This document shows positions 55,176 to 64,000 of a stretch of DNA of 64,000 bases, piece by piece. The translations under genes were made by a program, and so were the position numbers. The notes under the pieces were generated by a model, which saw only the letters and a list, made by a program, of their open reading frames with translations, did no database searches and had not been told where the DNA came from. The DNA is from the human T2T-CHM13v2.0 reference genome, Homo sapiens. The number at the start of each line of letters is the position of its first letter. Position 1 is the stretch's first letter. The stretch lies in the NCBI RefSeq assembly GCF_009914755.1, contig NC_060941.1, one strand, 5' to 3'.

Positions 55176-56365
55176 AATCAGAGTGGGCATGGGGGCAGAT
55201 GGTGGCTCCTCTCACCCCTGAAACCGGAGCCCCAGCCCCTATGAGCCCTCACAGTTCATTGGTCTGGCTGTGGTGAATCTGACCTCTCAAAAGCCTCCCT
55301 TTCCGGAGCAGAGGCCTGCGATTCTCCATGCTGGAGAGCCCGCCAAGAGGGATTCTCCTACAACTTTCCAGAACACAGCAGTTCTGGGGCCAGGCCAAGC
55401 TAGCTATGTACAGCTGGAAGAGGCTCTCTCCCCCAGATGCTGAGTGACTAGAAGCCAAGAGGGAGGGAGTTCTGGAATGGTCTGCAGCAGCTGGAGGTGA
55501 GGCCTGAGGGGGCTGGGGCGGGGCCTGGGAAGAGGGGCCAGTGCACAGAGTATTCTGAACCGCAGAAAGTATTCTGTTCACTCTGGGAGAAAAACAAGAG
55601 TGTTGTTCAAAACAGCTGGACGCCAGGCCCAGTTGCCCTCGCCTGGTTTTTACTCTTAAACACCTTCGCATTTCATGGCTGTTCCAAAGAGAGAGAAATC
55701 AGCCAGTTGTCCATTCAGACACAAGACAAGGCATCAGCCGACAACCAAAGGCAAATATTTTCCATGGTGAGGAAAGCCTCCCGGGTGGCCCCAGGCCTGC
55801 CTCTGGAGCAGTGGCTGGCTGGTGGCTGGCTCTCCCCGAAGGTCGCTGCTTCTGGTCAGCAGACTGCGTGTCTGGGGGACTGGCCAGGATCCGCACCCAC
55901 CCAGGGAGCGCTGGGGGCAGCGGGGCGGCCATCCTAGGCCCGTAGTAAATGGAAGCTCCCTTCCTGGCATGAGAGCAGCCAGGCCTCCAGGGAGGCCAGG
56001 ACAGCGTGGGCCCCACAGTTCCCTGTCTTGAAACCCCAGCCCTTGATATCAAAATGGGACCTGTTAGTCTGTTGTCGGGGAGGGGGATTTAACTGCCCAA
56101 AGCTCTTAGGCCCTGAGTGAATTTTTTTCAGCACAACAGTAGCTACACACAGTTGAAGAGTGTGGCACATGGCTACATAGGGTTTGTATTTGGTCTACAG
56201 ATGAAGGAACAAGACCCATGTGGACTTAGGCCTCATTATCATAATTCTGCAGCCCCAGGAGCCAAATCCCCACATGGAAACCCTTAGTAGGTAGCCTGGC
56301 CAAGTGGGTAGCGGGAAATCAGTGATGGTAGGCCCTGGGACTTCTCTCTAGTCCCCTCCCCACCC

Positions 56366-57128
<763 letters not shown>

Positions 57129-58419
57129 TAGGACAGGGGGACCAGGGAGGGCCCCCAGAGGCTGGAGTTTGGAATACCCCCTTCTCTTCTCTGGAGCTCA
57201 GTTTGCATGTCTGTGAAATGACAGGTGATGTCACCTCCCAGAAGGGCAGTTTGAGAGAAGTAAAATCTATTGAGGCACCTTGGACACAGGAGGGGGTCAG
57301 ACGGCATCAGCCTTTGAGGGTGCTGCAGTTACACGGCTCCAGCAGTCTGAGCCTTATCAAGACCTTTCCAGATATGAGGGAAGTCCATGCCCAGTGTCTA
57401 GCTGGCTGGGGGAGAAGCCCCTTGAGAACCCCCACTCTGTAATGCTAGGCTCTGCATTTGCTTAGGAGGCTGTGTCCCTGTCTCTCCCCTTCTGGGCCAG
57501 CCTTGCTTTCTGGGCAGGCCCAGGAGTGTCCCGGGCCCAGCACTCAGAGTCAGCGCTGTCTTTAATCTGTATTCCACAGGCATCCTCACCCCCTCCCCTC
57601 CCAGGAGCTAGGAACCTGCCAGGCTTCTTACCTCTCTGCTGGAATCTCCACCCCCCACCAGAGGCTGCCCTCTTGGGGAAGGGGCCCAGCCCTTGAGGCC
57701 TGTCTCCTCCAGACTAGCTAAACCACAGAGAGAACTCCATCTCAGGTTCCCAAATAGGCGGTATTCTTCCCCGCCACCAAGCTAGGCAGCTCCTGGCGGC
57801 TGGAATGCCCTGCTCCTTTCTCAGCCCACCACTTCCTCCAACCTTCCGTCCTCTGTGCTGCAGCAGGGAGTCTTACCCCACCTCCTTCAGGAGGGAGGTG
57901 CTCACGGGTTCCTATGCCTGTGGGTCTCCAGGATTGGGCACGGAGCAGTCTGCAAAATGTCAAGTGAGGGAGAGATCCAGTCAAAGCCCCAGGGGGGCCT
58001 CTGAGCTCAGTCAGCTCCTCTGCTGCTCCCCACCTCTTGGGGGAAGGACAGGCTGGGGTTTGCATGGGTGGCCTTTTGGAGAGCAGAGTAATGGGAGCCT
58101 ACTTGAACTTCCTGCGGCCTCATTCCCTGACTGGGGGCGGAGGGTAGTCTGAGCTGCTGGCCTGGGGTGCTTGGCCGCAGGGGAAGGGGCTGGGAGGGAG
58201 GGGTCTGGGTGAGTCTAAGGGAGGGTGAGCCTGAAAAGGGGACGGCAGCACTAAACTGCCTTCGGGGAGTCCCCACTGTGCGCCCCTGGCACTTTCCCAG
58301 TCCCCTGGCGCGGTCGCAGGCACGGGTGGGGTCTGCCTCAAAGTTGTTGGTACGGCCAGCCCGCTGCTGTTTAAATGGTGTGTTTGTTTAGAGCGGCTTA
58401 GGGAGGGAACTGGAAATGG

Positions 58420-60960
58420 GGGGCGGGGGCAGCGCCCCACTTGGCGCCACCGCTGCCGGAGGGTCTGCGTGTTAGAAGCCCCAGCTTCGTAAATGACCGA
58501 AGAAGGGTGGGCGTTGAGGAGGGAAGGCCGAAAACCAACGGAGGGCTCGGGGCCCCGGGCCGGCCGCCCCCTTTTTGCGGGGGGAGAGCAGGAGCCGCCT
58601 CTCGCAGCCACTCTGCGCGCGGGGTGGGAGGGAGAGAGGGAGGCGAAGGGACGACAGCGCCGGGCTCCCCGCCCCCATCCCACCCGGTTCCAATATTTCG
58701 CAGAAAGGCACGCGGCTCCTAATCGGTCTTTTCCAGGCTGAGATTTAGCCGTGCGATGCCCGCGCAGGGGCGGGGGCCGCGGGCCAGGGGAGGCGCTCAG
58801 AGTCCGGAGCCGCCGAGCGAGGTGAGGAGCCCGCGTCCTCGGCTGGTGGAGCGGGCGGGCGGGCGCGCAAACCCGAGAGGCAGATATAGAAAGGGGGGCA
58901 GGTTAAAAATAACCCTCTCCGGCTGGGAAGCTCGCGCGCGCTCTCTCGCCTCGTTCGGTGCCAGAGGACTCCAGGGGAGGTGGCGTTGGGGAGGGCAGAG
59001 CGGGATTCCCCCTCCTCCGCCGGGCGGGGTGCCCGCCTGCGCGCCGCGGTTGCACGTGTGCGGGGCCGCGCGCCCGGGCCCCCTCTGCACCCGGTCGGTG
59101 GGTGCCCCCTCCCCAGGACCGGGCGCATCTGGCAGTGGCCCCCCGCCCGCAGCCTTGCGCGGCTGGAGGGAAGCGCTCCATTATTCATTATTTACGAGCG
59201 TTAATAGGTTTGAGCCACGGGGGCGGGGGGTTGGGGGGGCGACGAGGACCCAGTGGGGACCGAAGCATTAGAAGAAGGGATAGGGAGGGAGGGGGAAGGG
59301 CGGGGGCGGGGCTGTGCCGCGGCCTGGAGGAAGAGGTCTCGGCCTGGGGCCCGGCGAGCCGGGCGCACCTCTCCGTCAGGTTTCTCCACACCGCCGGCCG
59401 TCGAGGCTGCTCAGGGCGCCAAGAGGGCAGCACGGGCCTTAGATTTTGCTCTCGGCCTCTGTCCTTCGCGTCCTCGCCCTTACCGAGGCGTGGGGAGGGA
59501 GCTGCGGAGGCCGTACGCCCCGCCCTGCGCGCCCCTTGCCGCCGCCGCGTCCCCGCGGCAGCCCCGGCCTCATTTATCATCATCTTTGGTCAAGTGGAGT
59601 GTGCAAGGAACAGCTGCTTCACTCGGCTGACTTCCGAGGGCGGCTACGGGAGAATCAGGGAGATGAATGATGGGGGCTGTGGGGGGCCGCAGCCCCCCGG
59701 CGTCCCCGCGCAGGCGAGAGGGAGGCGGGGAGCGTCCAGGGCCGCCTCCGCCTCATGGCGAGTGCAGCGCCCCCTTCCTCTCTCCTGGCGCCTGCAGCGA
59801 CCGGGGACCGGGGGACCGGGGCACCGAGGACCGGGCCCGCCCCGGGAGGGGACTGGGCGCGGGGACGGGGGGGCGCCCTTCGCCGGCGGAGAACTGGCGG
59901 GCGCGCTGCCGGCAGAGCCCGAGGTTGCCGTGACCTTGCTGGGGTCAGCGGGCTGGGCTGCGGAGGCGGCGGCGCGGCGTCTTTGGTGCGCTTTCCGGAT
60001 TGGCGCAGAGGCCGGGAAACAAGGCGGGGGCGGGCGGGGGAACACAAATAGAAGGTGAAATTTTACCTGCCCCTGAGGGAGTCCTGCGGATTTTCTCCGG
60101 CAGCAGCAGGCGCTCTGCCTTTGTCTTACACGGCTGAAACATCTGTTGCAGAGGGGCGGAGAGGCCGCAACAACCCCCACACACCCTGCGCTGCTCCCCG
60201 TCCCCCTCTGCCCCAGCCGGGCTGCAGGACTCCAGGCGCCGCGTTAACCCTGCTCGCGCTGGGGCGCGCGCCCGCACTCGCTGCCGCAGTCCAGCGCCTC
60301 GCGTGGGGCTCCTCGCCCCCGCCCCGGATCTGGTCCTGGCCGGGGCGCCCGGTGACCCCCCTCCACCTCGATGGGGTGCTGAGGTGTAGGCGGGGGGCGG
60401 GGGCGGAAAGGGTTAATGGCCTAGTCGCAGACCCTAATTGTCAGAGCCGGCCCCGCTTCGTTTCAATTACCCTAAGTAGAGACTGAATGCGCAATTAACG
60501 AAGTCAGCTTGCCAACTGGAAAGCCGGCCCCGCTTTCACGTTGAGCAGAATACTCCACCAGCTGACTTGGACGAAGCAATTTCCTCCTCTCTCTCTCCCC
60601 TTTTTTCTCTCCTTCTCTCTTCCAATCCCCCTCCCTCTTTTTCTCTCTCCTTAATAATAAAATTATACCAAGCAGTTTGCGGTGTGGCAGGCGGCCAGAA
60701 AAGCGTTTCTTTAAACGCCGCCGTCTCACAATTAGGCAGCAAGAGGATTTGACACGCCGTGGCGGCCTGACAGGCGGCTTCCTCCCCTGGGGACTGGGGG
60801 GAGGGAGGGGGTGCCAATTCCCCGCTCCCCCAGGTGGAACGGGGACTGGGAGGGGCTGGCCTGCTGTGCCTCCCCGGCTGTCAGAATGGCTGCAGCGAGG
60901 GGGTGTCAAAGGCAGGGAAGCGAGGGGCGGTTCCGCCTAGGCTGGGGAAGGCGGAAGGCA
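58420..60960. promoter_or_regulatory. Large CpG island / promoter-enhancer region
   Basis: Dense CpG, GC boxes (ggggcggggc ~59303), minus-strand donor TCG|GTAAGG (exon end 59484) and embedded AT-rich homeodomain-motif patches. Confidence 0.88.
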
Positions 60961-62949
60961 GCGGCACATTCCACGACTCCTCTGGGAAGCTGGCGTATCC
61001 AGGAGGGAGACCTTGTTCCCCTTTCTGTTTGACAGACAGGCACTCTGGGGCATAGAGCTGTAGACGGATCTCAGCCCTGCTGGGCGTCCTGCACAAGCCA
61101 CTGGCCCACTCTGGGCTTCTTCCATTAATCCCTCGGCAAAATGAGGGGGAGATTTGACCTAGAATGTGCTCTGCAAAAAGTGTCTTCCCGTGGCTCATTG
61201 CCCTTAACAGCTGGTCTTGTAGGCCAGGAGAGGGGGGGTGTAGGCAGCACCACGTAGAAGCAAGCCGGAGACCCCTATGCCGTTTGGGTGGCAGACCCAT
61301 GGGCCTCAAGGCACACAGGAGGGTGGCTCGGCGGGGAGCCATGATGCAGGCAGCTAATAGATGGGGTGACTTTGCAGGATTGCCAGGGATTGGTGCCATG
61401 AGGACAGAGGATACTGAACACTAGCTGCAGCAGCCGGGCCACTTGAGCTCGGGGAAGGCCCAGAGAATTTGGCAGAGGTGGGAGGTAACTGCAGGGGTCC
61501 CCATTTGCTCTTTGCAGCCCCCCAGTCCCACCCAGGCTGCTGCTTACATGGGGTGCCTTCATCCTTCCCCACATAGTTAAGCCCTTCTTCCAGCCTTCCC
61601 TGATCACCTCCTCTCCCCACCCCCATGGGCCCCTGGGTGTCACTACATCTCAACACCACCAGGGCAGTTGTATGTGTGTCTGCCTGCCTCTGGAGAGCAA
61701 GGGCCATGTGCTGTTTCCTGTGTGTCTCCGGCACCCAGCTCGGCCCACATCCAGACTGTAAGCTGAGCAGAAATGTGCTCCACAGGTGAACCAGTGCAGG
61801 CACTAGGGGCTCTGGAGGAGACAGCACACACTTTGTCTCTCCTTCCTGATTGGCTGTTGCATGCATCCTGGCCTCCAGGCCCCTCATCCTCAAACCTGTC
61901 TCTGGGTATCATCCCTTTGGTCTGTGTTGGGGGTTAAATGCACTCAACACAGAACCCAGCACCCCAATCCATCTCATCTGTTTATTTATCCAAGTAATAC
62001 TGAAGGGACATCGACTCTGGGGCCAGTTTCTGGGTTTGGAGCTTAGGGTCAAACAGAGGAAGTCTCTGCCCTCCTCAGGCTACGTTCTAGTGAGGGAGGC
62101 ACATGTGAAACAGCTCATTGTACCATCAATTATGTAATTACCGCTGCCATGAGAGCCACCAAGGAGCCTGGCGGGGGACCCAGGAGAGTTGGGGTGGCGC
62201 CTCGCCCGGTGTCTGGTGTGGAATGCCACAGAGGTTCTCACCGCCTCTGGAAGCCTCCAGCCTTTCCAGTCCCCCTCCTCTCTGCACCTCCTTTCCAAGG
62301 CCGCTGAGTGCACCTCCTGCACGGGTCTGCCCTGCCTCCCCCCTGAGCCCAGGGCACTCGCCTTTCTGCTCTCCTGCGTTGCTCTGCTTATCTGTGCTGG
62401 TCCCAGAGCTTCTGCTGGGCCCGTGAGCACTGTTCCTCCTGCTCTGGGTGCCATCGAGCCCATGCAGATCCCCTTTGCATCGGTTCTGTCAGCATTTGAC
62501 CCCAGGAGCTTGTGATCAAATTCAGGCCACAGACAGTGTCTCTTGAATTCTCAAGTATGAAAGAAAAAACTTTGTACTTGGTTGATAATATTTTCTTAAA
62601 TGAGAGCTGTCCCTTTTTGTAAAATCCTGATTTCTGTCTTTTTCAAGGGAAAAGCTCAGAAGCTTTGGCACCCTGGCCTCCCACTCCCAAGTGGCCGCAG
62701 TCCGCTGGTGCTGAGAGGGGCTGCTGCTGCCCCTCCCCCCCCACTTTATTTGGGAGCAGGATCGCCAGTTTGCCTCCATACCCACCTGCCCACTTCCCTG
62801 CCAGGCCTCGGGAAGATGTTCTTTGTCAAATGAAGCAAAGCAGTGGCCACCCCTGATCTCCCGCTGCCTGGCCCACCCACATGTGCTCTGTGTCGCCACT
62901 CCACTGCTCTTTCTGGATATTTTCACAGAGTTACTGTGACATTTTGTGC

Positions 62950-63200
62950 ATTATTGATTCAGTAAATATTTATTGTTCTGGACAATGGGGAGTAGCTGTG
63001 AACAAAACAGGCAGAAATCCTTGCTCTCATGGAACTTTTGTTCTAAAGAGGAGACCAATAATAAAGCAAGTCAAGTTTGATTACAACAAGGTCAGTCGTG
63101 GGGGTGCAAGGGGTGCTGTTTCAAACAGTGGTCAGGGAAGGCTTATTGAGAAGGTGACAGAGGTGACAGAGGAGCCAAGACTTGGAGCCAGGGTAGAAGC
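62950..63200 (-). mobile_element. L2 3' fragment
   Basis: attcagtaaatatttattg...gtgaacaaaacaggcagaaatccttgctctcatggaactt...gtcagggaaggc. Confidence 0.8.
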
Positions 63201-63405
63201 TGTGTAGTTATCTGGGAGTGGTATTTCCAGAGGTAAAAGGCTTGCCCAAGGTCACACAGTCAGCCAGCAGTCAGACAAACCTGCAGACACTTGACACCTC
63301 TGTGTTTCCACTTCCCCAGGGAAGTAAGTCATGGACCCTCTGGGCATGTGGGGTAGGGAGGACAAGGCTGGGGCCAGACAGTCCTGTGCCTTCCCTTAGC
63401 AGCCA

Positions 63406-63682
63406 GGCCAGGAGTGGTGGCTCACGCCTGTAATCCCAGCACTTTGGGAGGCTGAGGTGGGCGGATCACCTGAGGTCGGGAGCTCGAGACCAGCCTGACC
63501 AATATGGAGAAACCCTGTCTCTACTAAAAATACAAAATTAGCTGGGCGTTGTGGCACATGCCTGTAATCCCAGCTACCCGGGAGGCGGAGGTTGTGGTGA
63601 GCCCAGATCGCGCCATTACACTCTAGCCTAGGCAACAGGAGGGAAACTCTGTCTCAAAAAAACAAACAAACAAACAAAAAAA
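63406..63682 (+). mobile_element. AluSp with 32-bp right-arm deletion and (AAAC)n tail
   Basis: aatatggagaaaccc and tacaaaattag (Sp); cccagcta|cccgggaggcggagg; TSD tagcag(c/t)ca. Confidence 0.93.
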
Positions 63683-64000
63683 CTAGCAGTCACACCTAGC
63701 CTATCTCATCCTTATCATGCAGCCTCCTACAAGGGCAGGCACTCCTGGGGCTTGGGGTGGGGAGAATGGAGCTGGCTGGGAGCACCTCTGTGGGTCCCAT
63801 CTGACCCCTGTGCCAGGGTCTGGGCCAGCCCCTTGGTCTTGCTAGGCCCAGGACTGATTGTGTCTGATGGCATCAGCCTGGCCTCGTGGGGGAAGGACAG
63901 GGGCTGTGTCCCCCAGCAGGACCCAGACAACTGCCTGGGCCACCAGACCCTTGCCCTGTTAACTGTCTGCGACCCAGCAATCAGCACCCCCCACCCTTTT

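Noticed and set aside
58428-58450. Possible CTCF site (cagcgccccacttggcg)
   Set aside because: It lacks the central AG of the core, and such partial matches are expected in GC-rich DNA.
58756-60486. 366-aa ORF (58958-60058) and neighbours
   Set aside because: Same CpG-island artefact; GTG start, no domain, many frames open.

Overview
This is primate (almost certainly human) euchromatic, GC-rich, non-coding DNA. It carries 19 Alu/FLAM copies, many MIR, L2 and old L1 fragments, hAT and Tigger DNA-transposon fossils and LTR fragments. There are three CpG islands: ~0.1-2.0 kb, an orphan one at ~28.7-29.3 kb, and ~58.4-60.9 kb. No ORF resembles a known protein family, and I see no rRNA, tRNA or CRISPR array. 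The two outer islands carry strong minus-strand splice donors. The simplest reading is alternative non-coding first exons ~59 kb apart of a minus-strand gene whose coding exons lie left of the window. From remembered locus geometry only, the TCF20 upstream region on 22q13.2 is a candidate; this is unverified. The most unusual structures seen directly are: (1) a 54-bp near-perfect inverted repeat, not recognisably transposon-derived, around a 282-bp spacer (46.4-46.8 kb); (2) a ~700-bp degenerate 17/22-bp tandem array rich in TTCnnGAA (13.1-13.8 kb); (3) a very recent 126-bp duplication making a three-armed Alu (41.2-41.4 kb); (4) the same 32-bp Alu segment deleted in two copies and duplicated in a third; (5) a 108-bp local duplication carrying a PBX-HOX site; (6) an orphan CpG island with full promoter grammar and a + strand donor. 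I found no convincing new protein-coding system. Repeat subfamily calls are by eye and need RepeatMasker/Dfam.
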